A stretch of 64,000 nt of DNA, from contig DAIDHM010000123.1 in the NCBI GenBank assembly GCA_027459705.1, positions 2,538-66,537 of the forward strand, given 5' to 3'. Source of the stretch: Ktedonobacteria bacterium (GTDB lineage Bacteria > Chloroflexota > Ktedonobacteria > Ktedonobacterales > JACDGC01). The number at the start of each line of letters is the position of its first letter. Position 1 is the first letter of the stretch. Both the position numbers and the translations under genes were made by a program. Below are positions 1 to 9,905 of the stretch, piece after piece. The notes beneath the pieces are model-generated. The model was not told where the DNA came from. It ran no database searches and worked only from the letters and a program-made list of their open reading frames with translations.

Positions 1-294
1 AACGCGGACCATTTCCGCTTTCTGTACGCCTACTCGCCATTGCACAATGTCCGTACCGGTGTCCCCTATCCACCGACGTTGATCCTCTCGGCTGATACCG
101 ATGATCGGGTGGTGCCGGCACATGCCAAGAAGTTCGCGGCGACTTTGCAATGGGCACAGAATGGCCCCGCGCCGATTCTTTTGCGGGTAGAGACAAAGGC
201 GGGGCATGGTATGGGGAAGCCTACAGCCAAAGTGATCGAGGAACTGGTAGATAAGTTCGCGTTTCTTTTCGCGATCTTCGCGATGACCGCTTGA
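1..294 (+). CDS. Prolyl oligopeptidase / S9-family serine peptidase, C-terminal fragment (5' end outside window)
   Basis: Frame 1 is open from base 1 to TGA 292-294. Translation ...[35 protein letters not shown]...[11 protein letters not shown] carries the catalytic Asp and His contexts of S9A prolyl endopeptidases. Confidence 0.85.
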   Translation, partial: NADHFRFLYAYSPLHNVRTGVPYPPTLILSADTDDRVVPAHAKKFAATLQWAQNGPAPILLRVETKAGHGMGKPTAKVIEELVDKFAFLFAIFAMTA

Positions 295-330
295 GGAATC
301 TGCGACATGCCAAGACTGGACAACAAATAA

Positions 331-364
331 CCGGGGATGGCGGATTCTTATCCGCCATCCCCGG
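331..364. terminator. Perfect 14-bp stem / 6-nt loop hairpin between convergent genes
   Basis: CCGGGGATGGCGGA-TTCTTA-TCCGCCATCCCCGG, located between the S9 peptidase stop (294) and the stop of the minus-strand ORF (390). No clear U-tract. Confidence 0.55.
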
Positions 365-389
365 CTTGAGGGTAGAGATCAACCGGCGC

Positions 390-659
390 TCAGGACATGT
401 GTGTACGCTGTCGGGGGGCTTTCCCGGCAGCCACTGAGCGTTTCTTACGGGTCGTGGCAGACGCAACGCCAGGGAACCGCAGAATCTGCGCTTTGCGGGG
501 ATGTGGCGGTGGCGGGGACGAAGGCAATCGCGTCTCGTCTGGGTCCACAAGGAGATCCGGACCGCATTCCTCACAATATCCCGGCAGACCGAGGTCCGCG
601 AGGAGGGCTTCGAGGCAACGGCGTTTCCTGAATTCCTCAATTGAAATCACTATACCCAT
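390..659 (-). CDS. Hypothetical small protein (89 aa)
   Basis: ATG at 659 is preceded by AAGGAG with a 6-nt spacer on the minus strand. Contains a CEEC pair and a basic C-terminus. No family recognised. Confidence 0.45.
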   Translation of the reverse strand: MGIVISIEEFRKRRCLEALLADLGLPGYCEECGPDLLVDPDETRLPSSPPPPHPRKAQILRFPGVASATTRKKRSVAAGKAPRQRTHMS

Positions 660-794
660 GACGAACTCCTTGCGGGCTTTTTAGGCATTTCTTATATGCT
701 ATTGTACCTGGGAAATGCAAAAAAGACCAAGGAACATGACCATTCGCGCGCCATCCCAGCGAATTCTCCACGAACACCGTGGCACATGCTGGAT

Positions 795-1913
795 TTACCC
801 CTCGGCGATGCCACGCCTCATGGCGGCGACTCCCAAGCTCAACGCTACTATGACCGTACCAACCAGGACCAGTAAGTCGCGTCCTAACAAATCGGCTGAC
901 TGATAAAAAACCGCCATCTGCAGCGCATGCACGCCATAGGTCAGCGGATCGAAGATGGCGATAGTCTGCAGCCATTGTGGCTCAAAGGACAACACTCCTG
1001 TACCCCCTGCCAGGAAGAAAAGATAGAGCGCCGCATTGACCGTGATGGCGATGACCGGTTGCACGCGTTGCGCGAGCGCGCCTAACATTACTCCCAAACC
1101 CGCACTCAAGAGCGCCACCAACGCAATCACGAACAGTCCCGTCAGCCAGAAGATCCCCGTTGGTGTGATCCATCCGAGCAGCGCGGTCAGCATAAATATC
1201 AACAGACCCAGCCCAAAGGTAGTAGTGAAACCCGCCAATACCTTGCCCGTAATGACATCCGTATGCGTCGTGGGAGAGAGTAACATCTCTTTGATGGTGC
1301 GCGCCTCCCATTCGCGCGCCGCCGCCACACCGCCGCTGATCAGCCCCGCCACCATCAACAGCAGGATGAGCGTCGGCAAGACCGTGTATTGAAAGAGTTG
1401 CACGTCGTGTGGACGCAGATTATATTGCTGCATGGTCACTTTGATCGGGCTGGTGGGTCCCTGGGTCTGGTAATATTGTGTTATAGTATCTGGCACCGCC
1501 CGCCGGATGTCGTTGGTGAAGTCTAAATTCAAGTTATTCACCGTCACGTCGACCGTCGCCTTCTCGCCAGCCTGGACTGCCTGGCTGAAGCCCGCAGGCA
1601 CCGTGATGATCGCGACCACCTGCAGGTCATGCAAGAGGATCTGCGCGCGCGTACTGTTTGTAACTGTCAATCTGAAGACATCGGCATGCTGTATGCTCGT
1701 GGCAATCTGCGCGGCCTGGGGACCCGGATCCGCCACGACCAATGCAACCGGACTGCGTCCCACCGCCGCCGATCCCAGCGCCTGGATTAGCAAGAGCGCC
1801 AATGCCGGCAAGATCGTAGCGGCGATATTCGTCGGAGTGCGCAGCCAGATCAGGATATCTTTACGCATGATCGCCCAGATAATTCGCTTGTGCATCGCAT
1901 TCGATCTCCTCAA
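795..1913 (-). CDS. ABC-2 family transporter permease
   Basis: 372 aa with an N-terminal TM, a large extracytoplasmic loop and a C-terminal multi-TM bundle. Paralog of the upstream permease, with a 4-bp overlap at 1910-1913. Confidence 0.85.
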   Translation of the reverse strand: MRRSNAMHKRIIWAIMRKDILIWLRTPTNIAATILPALALLLIQALGSAAVGRSPVALVVADPGPQAAQIATSIQHADVFRLTVTNSTRAQILLHDLQVVAIITVPAGFSQAVQAGEKATVDVTVNNLNLDFTNDIRRAVPDTITQYYQTQGPTSPIKVTMQQYNLRPHDVQLFQYTVLPTLILLLMVAGLISGGVAAAREWEARTIKEMLLSPTTHTDVITGKVLAGFTTTFGLGLLIFMLTALLGWITPTGIFWLTGLFVIALVALLSAGLGVMLGALAQRVQPVIAITVNAALYLFFLAGGTGVLSFEPQWLQTIAIFDPLTYGVHALQMAVFYQSADLLGRDLLVLVGTVIVALSLGVAAMRRGIAEG

Positions 1914-3028
1914 TGTGCCGCTGTTGTACGCCGCAACACGAAGGTCGCCAGCGTCAACAAACCGATAGCGTAGATGACCAGCACGAGCACATTACCACCC
2001 AGACCCAGGGTATTCAGGGTGAAGCCATGGAAAGCGTGCTGCTGTAATACGATTGCGTAGTAGACAGGAAAGACCTGTGCCAACAGCTGGATGGCAGGTG
2101 TCTGAAACGAGATTGGTCCGAATGGTCCACTGAGGAAGAACAGTGGGATGGCAATGCCCATCGACAGCGCCACAACCGCCATGCGCTGTTTGATAAGCGC
2201 GCCCAAAAGGGTGCCAGAAGCCACGCTGATGATCAGGAAGAGGAGAGTGAATCCGACGACCTCACCCCAATACACCGGGTGGACACCAATGATGCCGATT
2301 AAAACAGCCAGCACCAACACCACACCAGCCAGGCTCACCGACGCCGCCGCCAACATTTTGCCCACCAGGATTGCCCAACGACTGGCCGGCGCGAGTAACA
2401 ATTCTTTCACGGTCTCGCGTTCCCACTCACGTGCCATACCGGTGCCAGATTGTAAAAGCCCACCGATCAGCACTCCCACAACGAGGATGGAGACCGCCAG
2501 GTAAGGAATATAATCTGTGTCGAATCGATAGAGATCGTGCTCGCTGGGAACGATGGTGACGACATCAGGATAGGCCTGGGCATAAAAGAGCGTGATGGAG
2601 AGTGGCACGGCGCGTCGAATGTCATTGGTAAAATCCTGATTGAGGTTGTTGATGCGCACCTCGATCTGGACGGGTTGCTGGGCGGCGACGCGTTGATCAA
2701 AATCCGCTGGAATCGTGACAATCGCGACAATCGCCCCACTGTTGAGCAGATCTGTCGCTTGTGAAGCCGTGGCATGGCGTAGGCTGAACGAATGGGCATG
2801 ACTCATGGCTGTGTAGAGATCTTGCGCCAGTGGCCCCTTATCCGCCATGACCACCGCCGTAGGCGCCTTGCTCCCCGCCAGCACGAAGAGACTGAGCAAG
2901 ATCAAGAAATTCAGCGGTACAAAGACGCCGACAATGGTAAATATCCGATCGGTGAGGGCGATCTTGATATCATGTCGCACACAGGCCCAGATGACCCGCA
3001 GATCCGCTTGGAGGTTCGTCATACGCAA
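1910..3028 (-). CDS. ABC-2 family transporter permease
   Basis: 372 aa with the same architecture as the downstream paralog. Sits directly after the ABC ATPase gene. Confidence 0.85.
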   Translation of the reverse strand: MRMTNLQADLRVIWACVRHDIKIALTDRIFTIVGVFVPLNFLILLSLFVLAGSKAPTAVVMADKGPLAQDLYTAMSHAHSFSLRHATASQATDLLNSGAIVAIVTIPADFDQRVAAQQPVQIEVRINNLNQDFTNDIRRAVPLSITLFYAQAYPDVVTIVPSEHDLYRFDTDYIPYLAVSILVVGVLIGGLLQSGTGMAREWERETVKELLLAPASRWAILVGKMLAAASVSLAGVVLVLAVLIGIIGVHPVYWGEVVGFTLLFLIISVASGTLLGALIKQRMAVVALSMGIAIPLFFLSGPFGPISFQTPAIQLLAQVFPVYYAIVLQQHAFHGFTLNTLGLGGNVLVLVIYAIGLLTLATFVLRRTTAAH

Positions 3029-3060
3029 TTATCCTTTTCGCGAGAAGGGTGATCCCTCTC

Positions 3061-4047
3061 TCAGTCGCGCAGATCTTTGCCCGTCAACAACAGGAAAACG
3101 TCGTCCAGGTTGGGCTCGCGAATGAGTATTTGCGTCAGATCGCCTTCGCGTGAGAGCACATTGACGATTGCCGGCACCGCGTTGCCGCAGCCATCCGTCA
3201 CGATATGCAAGCGGGTTCCGTCGAGTGCGACGGTTCGCACGCCTGGCAGGGCGCGGAGTTCGGCCAGCGCTTGCGTCGGGACGGTCGTCTCAATCTCAAC
3301 AACATTCCCGCCATAGGTGGACTTCAGATGGGCAGGGGTATCGATAGCGATGAGTTTCCCATGGTCGATAATCGCCAGCCGATCGCAGAGTTCCTGCGCC
3401 TCTTCGAGATAGTTGGTGGTCAGTAATACGGTGCGCCCCTGGGCCTTCAAGGTGAGGATATAATCCCAGATCGCGCGGCGCGATTGCACATCGACACCTA
3501 ACGTTGGCTCATCCAGATAGATGACCTGCGGCTCATGCAGCAAAGCGCGGCCCAATGCCAGGCGACGCTTCATACCACCGGAGAAGGCGCTAACGCGCGA
3601 ATCTTTGCGGTCGGTCAACTGCACCAGATCTAATGTGCGGGCGATGCGCGCGCGTTTCTCGCGAGGTGGTATGCCATAGAGATCAGCATGGAAATCGAGA
3701 TTATCCCAGGCACTCAGCTCTTCATAGAGCGCGGTCTCTTGCGCGACAGCTCCCAGGATGGCGCGGACCTGACGGCTCTGGTGCCGCACATCCAGGCCGA
3801 GGATGGTGACGGTGCCACTGGTAGGACTGCTCAGGCCGCTGATCATATTGATGGTCGTCGTCTTGCCAGAGCCATTCGGTCCCAACAGACCAAAGATTTC
3901 GCCCGCAGCAATCTCCAGAGTGAGGTCGTCCACGGCACGATATGCACCGAATTGCTTCGTGAGATGCTGGATGGCGATTGCGGGTTGCGCTGCGTCAGCC
4001 GCTGGTGAACCTGCAGGTATACCAGCGCGAACTGTTGGTTGTGACAT
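3061..4047 (-). CDS. ABC transporter ATP-binding protein
   Basis: Walker A GPNGSGKTTT, signature FSGGMKRRL, Walker B VIYLDEPTLGVD. Start moved from the ORF-track 4131 to ATG 4047, which has a GGAAGGGA SD 7 nt upstream and avoids overlap with marR. Confidence 0.9.
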   Translation of the reverse strand: MSQPTVRAGIPAGSPAADAAQPAIAIQHLTKQFGAYRAVDDLTLEIAAGEIFGLLGPNGSGKTTTINMISGLSSPTSGTVTILGLDVRHQSRQVRAILGAVAQETALYEELSAWDNLDFHADLYGIPPREKRARIARTLDLVQLTDRKDSRVSAFSGGMKRRLALGRALLHEPQVIYLDEPTLGVDVQSRRAIWDYILTLKAQGRTVLLTTNYLEEAQELCDRLAIIDHGKLIAIDTPAHLKSTYGGNVVEIETTVPTQALAELRALPGVRTVALDGTRLHIVTDGCGNAVPAIVNVLSREGDLTQILIREPNLDDVFLLLTGKDLRD

Positions 4048-4096
4048 GACTATTTCCCTTCCTGGTCCATCGTCTATGGCGCCATTGACGCCCAGT

Positions 4097-4573
4097 TCAT
4101 GGTTCAGCGCGTTCGGAAGCGACGGTTCCAAGGGTATCGTGGAGGATAACCATAACCCGCTTCAGTGCCTGCAGATCTTCCGGCGCAATAGCGCTTGTCA
4201 GACGAGCGAAGAAGCTATCTACTTCTCCAGCCAAGCTGGCCAGGACCATACGACCCTCTTCGGTCAAATAGACGTGCACTACCCGGCGATCAACGTTGTC
4301 GTGAACGCGGGTTACCAGTCCATTGCGCTCCATCCGCCCGACGACATCTGTGACCGTCGGAGCATCGACAGCGAGGCGTTGCCCGATGACCCCGATCGGC
4401 AAACCATCTGCCAGGTTCAGGTGTGTGAGCAGGCCCCATTGGGGTGGCGTCAAGGTGTAATCCTTGGCATGTTTCTGGCACCAGCCGCGTAAGAAATCAC
4501 CGAAGGTAGCGGCAATTAAACGGTGGATGTGCGCGATCCACTGCCCCAGAGACGAACGTTGTGGGTCCAACAT
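4097..4573 (-). CDS. MarR-family transcriptional regulator
   Basis: Winged-HTH pattern LTPPQWGLLTHL...IGVIGQRLAVDAPTVTDVVGRMERNGLVTRVHDNVDRRVVHVYLTEEG. First gene of the ABC-2 exporter operon. Confidence 0.9.
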   Translation of the reverse strand: MLDPQRSSLGQWIAHIHRLIAATFGDFLRGWCQKHAKDYTLTPPQWGLLTHLNLADGLPIGVIGQRLAVDAPTVTDVVGRMERNGLVTRVHDNVDRRVVHVYLTEEGRMVLASLAGEVDSFFARLTSAIAPEDLQALKRVMVILHDTLGTVASERAEP

Positions 4574-4587
4574 ACTGAACCTCCCAC

Positions 4588-4599
4588 GGAATATATTCC
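4588..4599. promoter_or_regulatory. Perfect 12-bp palindrome GGAATATATTCC, candidate MarR operator
   Basis: Lies 15 nt upstream of the marR ATG (4573), immediately 5' of its GGGAGG SD, within an AT-rich promoter region. Confidence 0.4.
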
Positions 4600-4816
4600 T
4601 TACCTTATATTTTGAGTTCTAAATATTTGCCTCTGTAGTTAATACCAGATCCGAGACGGGGAGGTCAAGAGGAACGTCTCAAGCGGCGACTGCATCGGGA
4701 TATGGCTGAGCCATGCGGCAGAGATATCTCTGAATCGCACATACGACCAGCAAGCGTATCGGTCTGGCCGATGCATCCATTGTTTCAAGATGGACGAAGC
4801 GATGGCACGCGCATCG

Positions 4817-6154
4817 TCATCGGATCAACTCACCCAGGACAGCATCCGCGCCGTTGTTTTCGTCACCACATCGGGTCAGTAACACCGGGGTGCGTTGGTG
4901 ATGGAGATTGATAGCTGCTGGTGGAACGGCATCGCCGCGCAACTCAACCCGCAGATAATTATCCGTCAGCCCTTCCCAACCCCAGGATCGCCGAGCTTCC
5001 CAGAGAACTTCCACATGCTGTCCAAGAAAACGGGCGCGGAATTGATCTCCTAGCAGACCGTTGAGTTGGAGTAATTCCGCGGCACGGGCTTGCTTTATCG
5101 CTTCAGGCACCACCGGACGCATCCGGGCGGCGGCCGTCCCCGCGCGTGGCGAGAAGCGAAAGACATGCAGTTTGGCGAATCCCAGTTCCTCGGCGAGCGC
5201 CATTGTGCCCTGATGGTCGCTGGCCGTCTCGCCAGGGAAACCGACAATCACATCGGTCGTTAACGCCATCCCCGGGATGCGCGTTTGCGCTGTCACCGCA
5301 ATCTGGCGATAGCGGTCTGTAGTGTAGCGCCGTGCCATGCGTCGCAGCAACGCGTCGCTCCCACTCTGCAAGGGTAGGTGCAGGTGACGGCAGAGGCGCG
5401 GATCAGCCCAGAGATCCAGCCATTCAAGCCGAAAATCTTCCGGTTCCAGCGACGAGACTCTGATACGCGGAATGGTGGTCCCGCGCAAGATATCCGCCAA
5501 CAGGTCACCCAGATCCCCACCGCCCTCAGGGTGATAATCACCAAGGTGTACCCCCGTCAGGACAACCTCCTGGATGCCCGCCGCCGCTTTGCGCTGGATC
5601 GCTGCGACCACATCGGCGATGGGCCGACTGCGTGAGCCGCCGCGCGCCATTGGCACAATACAATAAGTACAGCGGTTATCACAGCCATCCTGCACCTTAA
5701 TCTGTGCCCGTGTCCGCCCCAGCCAATCGGCCAGCGCCATCTCAGGATTCTCTGGTGTGGGAAAGGGAGCGACCGGCAACGCATGGCCCGGGGCGAGCGG
5801 ATCAAGTCGGTCGCTGATAGCATCGGCAATGGCATCCTTGGCGGTGTTTGGCACCACGAGATCCACACCGGGCAAGGCTGCGACTGCTGTCGGTGCCACC
5901 TGCGCGTAGCAGCCAGTGACGACCACCAACGCCTCCGGCGAGTTGCGCCGTTGACGCGCCACCATCTGACGCGAGGAGCGGTCTCCCAGGTGCGTCACAG
6001 TACAGGTATTGATGACGATGACATCGGCGCCCATCTCACCAGGCGCGGGTGTCATTCCGCGCGCGACCAGCGCCTGAGCGATCGCCTCACTATCGGCCTG
6101 GTTGACTTTGCAGCCAAGCGTTGCAATCGTAAAAGTCGGGACCCGTGGTCGCAT
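4817..6154 (-). CDS. mtaB: Radical-SAM methylthiotransferase, MiaB/RimO family (MtaB-like)
   Basis: N-terminal TLGCKVNQADSE, radical-SAM CDNRCTYC, and a C-terminal TRAM-like region. Start set at ATG 6154 (MRPRVPTFTIATLGCK); the ORF-track start 6340 adds 62 non-homologous residues. Confidence 0.85.
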   Translation of the reverse strand: MRPRVPTFTIATLGCKVNQADSEAIAQALVARGMTPAPGEMGADVIVINTCTVTHLGDRSSRQMVARQRRNSPEALVVVTGCYAQVAPTAVAALPGVDLVVPNTAKDAIADAISDRLDPLAPGHALPVAPFPTPENPEMALADWLGRTRAQIKVQDGCDNRCTYCIVPMARGGSRSRPIADVVAAIQRKAAAGIQEVVLTGVHLGDYHPEGGGDLGDLLADILRGTTIPRIRVSSLEPEDFRLEWLDLWADPRLCRHLHLPLQSGSDALLRRMARRYTTDRYRQIAVTAQTRIPGMALTTDVIVGFPGETASDHQGTMALAEELGFAKLHVFRFSPRAGTAAARMRPVVPEAIKQARAAELLQLNGLLGDQFRARFLGQHVEVLWEARRSWGWEGLTDNYLRVELRGDAVPPAAINLHHQRTPVLLTRCGDENNGADAVLGELIR

Positions 6155-6460
6155 AGCCGTTGCCTCTCGTCTGGTTCCGCATGGGGAGAATCTGGAGCGT
6201 TTGGGCTGATTATCGCGTGTACTACGCAACAAGATCAAGTCAGTAGGGCAATCGAACCCAAATCTGCGAGACGCGCACGCACCACACCCGGGCACACTGC
6301 GGTGGCATCCGCAAAGGAGGGGAAGAGTGTATTCGGTCATTCCGTCCGCGCGATCTCCTCGTGTAGGCGCCAGTTAAGTCATTCGCTTCCTCTGGGCAGC
6401 GCGGGGCGCTGCGTGCTACAATGGATGGCGGAGACAAGGTGCGATGACGGAGGACAGGCG

Positions 6461-6877
6461 ATGCTGTGGGAAGACACCCTGGCGGGCTGGCTGATCGAGG
6501 GCGCGGGCCTCGCATTGGTGGGCGTCCTGACGACGGGCATCCTGGCAATCCTCGCCAACCGCCAGCGACTCATCGCGGGTATCGCGCTGGGGATGGCCCT
6601 GGCGCTGCTCGTGCTACCCTTTGTCGCCTATGTTGTCGCGGCGCTGACCCATCATCTGGCAACCGACGCCGACCTCACGCCGCCGACTTTCATTGTGGTA
6701 ACCTCGATCGTCTGCGCGGTCTTCAGTCTTCTGGGTTTGCTTGGTGGACTGCTGGCTGAGCACCGCGCGTCGCGCCGCCCACTGCCATTGCCGCCCACCA
6801 CGCCACCCGATCTGCCGGAGTATGATGGCATCGACGATCCCAAGCGTTGGTTGCCCTGGCACGCCACACGTCGTTGA
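6461..6877 (+). CDS. Hypothetical membrane protein (138 aa, about 4 TM, Pro-rich tail)
   Basis: This is only the 3' part of ORF 5783..6877; the rest is antisense to mtaB. ATG 6461 has GGAGG 8 nt upstream, and a TGcTACAAT extended -10 sits near 6413-6421. Confidence 0.6.
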   Translation: MLWEDTLAGWLIEGAGLALVGVLTTGILAILANRQRLIAGIALGMALALLVLPFVAYVVAALTHHLATDADLTPPTFIVVTSIVCAVFSLLGLLGGLLAEHRASRRPLPLPPTTPPDLPEYDGIDDPKRWLPWHATRR

Positions 6878-6935
6878 ACCCATGAGCTTCGTACGGCCTT
6901 GCACGATCAAACCTGGCTGGAATACCCCTGCGTCC

Positions 6936-6963
6936 TTGACGACGCCCAGTCGTCTGTTATAAT
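6936..6963 (+). promoter_or_regulatory. Sigma-70-like promoter upstream of the peptide-permease genes
   Basis: TTGACG (6936-6941), 16-nt spacer, TATAAT (6958-6963). Confidence 0.5.
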
Positions 6964-7068
6964 CACTTTACCGCATGCGGCCCATCGTGGCCTAGTCACC
7001 ACACAAGCCCTAGAAGACCCAGTATCTCGCTATGCCGACCCACCGATCGCACGAAGGAGGGGTGCACC

Positions 7069-8040
7069 ATGTCGCAGGTCTCCGCTCCGCCGCCCGCTGA
7101 TGATATCTCCACCCTGGAAATTACCCGGGAAAGGCGCGCCGCTGGGCCCTGGCGGCAGATCTGGTGGCGCTTCCGCCGTAATCCGCTTGCGCTCCTCGGA
7201 CTCATCGTCTTCATCCTGATTGTGGTGATGGCTGTCGCCGCGCCGCTCATCACCCCAGGGGTCAATGTCAACACAAACTACTCCACGCAAATCTACCTGG
7301 GCATTACCACCTGGGCACCCAGTACCGATCAATTCCCGGCATTGCTCTTCGGCCTGATGGGACCGCAGGTACCCCTGGGCGGATTGGTAGCGATACAGAA
7401 TCATAGCGTCCTGGCGTTGGTGACCTACGGTGCGCGGCCCTCGCTCATCATCGGTGTGGGCGCGGCATTGATCTCTACCACGATCGGAATTGTCCTGGGA
7501 GTGATCAGCGGGTATTTTGGCGGCACGTTGGACGATCTGATCATGCGCGTCACCGATCTGGTATTGGCATTTCCGTTCTTGCCTCTGGTGATCGCCATCG
7601 CCATCGCCTCCCACCAGCACCCCACCGTCACCTCATTGCTGATCACCTTCAGTCTGGTGGGGTGGCCTGGAACCGCGCGCATCATGCGCGCGCAGATGCT
7701 CGTGCAACGTGAGCAGGCTTACACCGAAGCGGCCTATGCCGCTGGGATCAACGATTGGCGCATCATCTTTCGTCACCTCTTACCCAATGCTATTGCGCCT
7801 GTCATCGTCGCTGGTGCGCTGGCCGTCGCCACCTTCATCCTGGCAGAGTCGACACTGGATTATATTCAACTGGGGATCACTACTGTCGCGACCTGGGGTA
7901 ACGAGATTGCTTTCGGGCAGGATTATCTCGCCTCTGGCTATTGGTGGGATGTCTTCTATCCTGGACTCTTCGTCGTCCTGACAGCGCTCTCCGCCACCTT
8001 CATCGGCGAAGGACTGCGCGACGCGCTCGATAGCCAATAA
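7069..8040 (+). CDS. Peptide/nickel ABC transporter permease (OppC/DppC-like)
   Basis: EAA loop YTEAAYAAGINDWRIIFRHLLPN. N-terminal WRRFRRNPLALLGL is typical of OppC-type permeases. Confidence 0.9.
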   Translation: MSQVSAPPPADDISTLEITRERRAAGPWRQIWWRFRRNPLALLGLIVFILIVVMAVAAPLITPGVNVNTNYSTQIYLGITTWAPSTDQFPALLFGLMGPQVPLGGLVAIQNHSVLALVTYGARPSLIIGVGAALISTTIGIVLGVISGYFGGTLDDLIMRVTDLVLAFPFLPLVIAIAIASHQHPTVTSLLITFSLVGWPGTARIMRAQMLVQREQAYTEAAYAAGINDWRIIFRHLLPNAIAPVIVAGALAVATFILAESTLDYIQLGITTVATWGNEIAFGQDYLASGYWWDVFYPGLFVVLTALSATFIGEGLRDALDSQ

Positions 8041-8087
8041 CTCGCCGCCGTTGTGGTGGCGTTTGGAGAGGTGAGGCCCACGGACCG

Positions 8088-9653
8088 ATGTTACGATTTC
8101 TCTTACGTCGTCTCCTCATCACCCTGGTGATCAGTTTACTGCTGGCTTATTTGCTCTGGCTCTTGACCACCATTCAGGGCACTGCGGTGCTGGAGCATCC
8201 GACGATCTCCCTGCTCACGGTCGGCCCTTTCTGGCCGTGGCTCAACCAAATATTGCATGGCGATTTCGGCTATTCGATACGATTACATGGAAGTGTCTTG
8301 CCTGGGATACGTGACCACCTGCTGGCCTCGCTCTTGATCATCATTCCAGCTTTTCTCCTGCAAGAAGTGCTCGCGGTCGCTATCGGTATCATCAGCGCGG
8401 CCCGCCAACGATCGGTCGTCGATCGCGTAGCGTTGATCTTTGTCGCCGTCTGTGCTGCCGTACCGCCTTTCTGGTTTGGGTTGACCATGTTGATTGTGCT
8501 GGCGGTCAACACCCATATCGTTCCGTTCGGTGGCCTGGTCAGTCTGCAAACAACGGGAACAGAGTTCAATACTCCGCAGTATTGGGTCTATTTTCAGTCT
8601 CATACCTGGGCAGCGATCCAGGGATTGGCCTGGCATTTAGTGTTGCCGGTCATGACCCTGGCTCTCTTAGGTTTGGCGAGTGATAGCCAGTTGGTGCGAG
8701 CCTCCATGATCGACGTCTTGAAACAAGAGTATATCCGCGCAGCCCGCGCGCGCGGTTTGCGTCGCCGCACGATCCTTTGGAAGCATGCCTTCCGGAACGC
8801 CGTTCTGCCTGTGATCAGTAGCATCGGCACCCAATTGCCACGCCTGATCTTTGGGGCAGCCATCATCGAACTGGTCTTTCAGATCCCAGGACTGGGGAAC
8901 CTCTTCATCGTCGCCGCGTATACGCCACCACGTGAATCAATCACGGGCAGCGTTTCGTCCATACCTCAGGATCCTAATCTTGTCACCAGCTATTTCTTGA
9001 TCCTGGGTGTCGTGACGATCCTCGCCTCGCTCGTGACGGACATCGCGTATGCCCTGGCCGACCCGCGCATCCGCGATTCGGGAGGGAACGCCGTCATCCA
9101 GTCGACGGCACGCCAGACAAGCCTGCGCACTGTGCGGTTGGTTGGGAGGTCGATCCCAGTGCGGACGCTGAGCGGAGGGCTCGTGACAGCGACGCTCGTG
9201 ATCATCGCTGGTGTTTTGCTCATCAGCAATCTGCTGAATCGCGCCCGCACTTCCCCCACCGCGATCATCCAAGGAAGCTGGGTGGGTCAGGTCAAGTATA
9301 AAGATGGATTTTTTAGCAGTGGGACAGATTATCTCTATGTCGATATCCACGTGGGTCAGGACGGCAAAATTAGCGGGCAAGCGATAGAGTGCGCTCAGGC
9401 GGCCTTTCAGACGCCATTAGAAACCTATACCCTGGGTGGGCAAACCGATAGCTCAGGGGCGGTACAGCTCCTGATGACCACTCAGACGGATGTCGTGAGC
9501 TATACTGCGTTGGCCCCAGACACAGGGAAGCCGTGGCCGATGCAAGGAATCGCCAATCGCATGCAACAGCAATCCGCCGTCAGTGTGGTATTGCAACACG
9601 ACACACTGGCGAAGTTTCAGCAACTCTGCCAGACGCCGCCGCCTCAAGGGTGA
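8088..9653 (+). CDS. Peptide/nickel ABC transporter permease (OppB/DppB-like) with a ~190-aa C-terminal extension
   Basis: EAA loop YIRAARARGLRRRTILWKHAFRNAVLPV. The canonical end ...ALADPRIR falls near residue 330. It is followed by an extra TM (LVTATLVIIAGVLLISNLL) and a ~140-aa non-membrane domain. Confidence 0.85.
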   Translation: MLRFLLRRLLITLVISLLLAYLLWLLTTIQGTAVLEHPTISLLTVGPFWPWLNQILHGDFGYSIRLHGSVLPGIRDHLLASLLIIIPAFLLQEVLAVAIGIISAARQRSVVDRVALIFVAVCAAVPPFWFGLTMLIVLAVNTHIVPFGGLVSLQTTGTEFNTPQYWVYFQSHTWAAIQGLAWHLVLPVMTLALLGLASDSQLVRASMIDVLKQEYIRAARARGLRRRTILWKHAFRNAVLPVISSIGTQLPRLIFGAAIIELVFQIPGLGNLFIVAAYTPPRESITGSVSSIPQDPNLVTSYFLILGVVTILASLVTDIAYALADPRIRDSGGNAVIQSTARQTSLRTVRLVGRSIPVRTLSGGLVTATLVIIAGVLLISNLLNRARTSPTAIIQGSWVGQVKYKDGFFSSGTDYLYVDIHVGQDGKISGQAIECAQAAFQTPLETYTLGGQTDSSGAVQLLMTTQTDVVSYTALAPDTGKPWPMQGIANRMQQQSAVSVVLQHDTLAKFQQLCQTPPPQG

Positions 9654-9905
9654 TGCCCGGCCTACCCAGGGCCAGACGCGCGGCAACGCACGCATGCGGT
9701 GAACTGGAATAACCCGCGCCTGTCCTCTCATTGCCATCACAAACGGCGGTCTTCAAGTGCTATAATGTCACCGTCAAGCAGATCGGGGATTCACCGGCTG
9801 CTCTCTACCCAGATGAAACAATGGGGTTTCGCGGGTTGTGTCGCCAAAACCGCGCACCATAAGCCACCCGCTCCCCATCAACACCGCCCAACAGGAGGAG
9901 CATCG

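Noticed and set aside
5783-6460. First two-thirds of the 364-aa plus-strand ORF 5783..6877.
   Set aside because: It is antisense to the well-supported mtaB gene, and its product is Arg/Gly/Cys-rich and not protein-like. Only the 3' part from ATG 6461 (membrane-protein-like, with SD and promoter) is kept.
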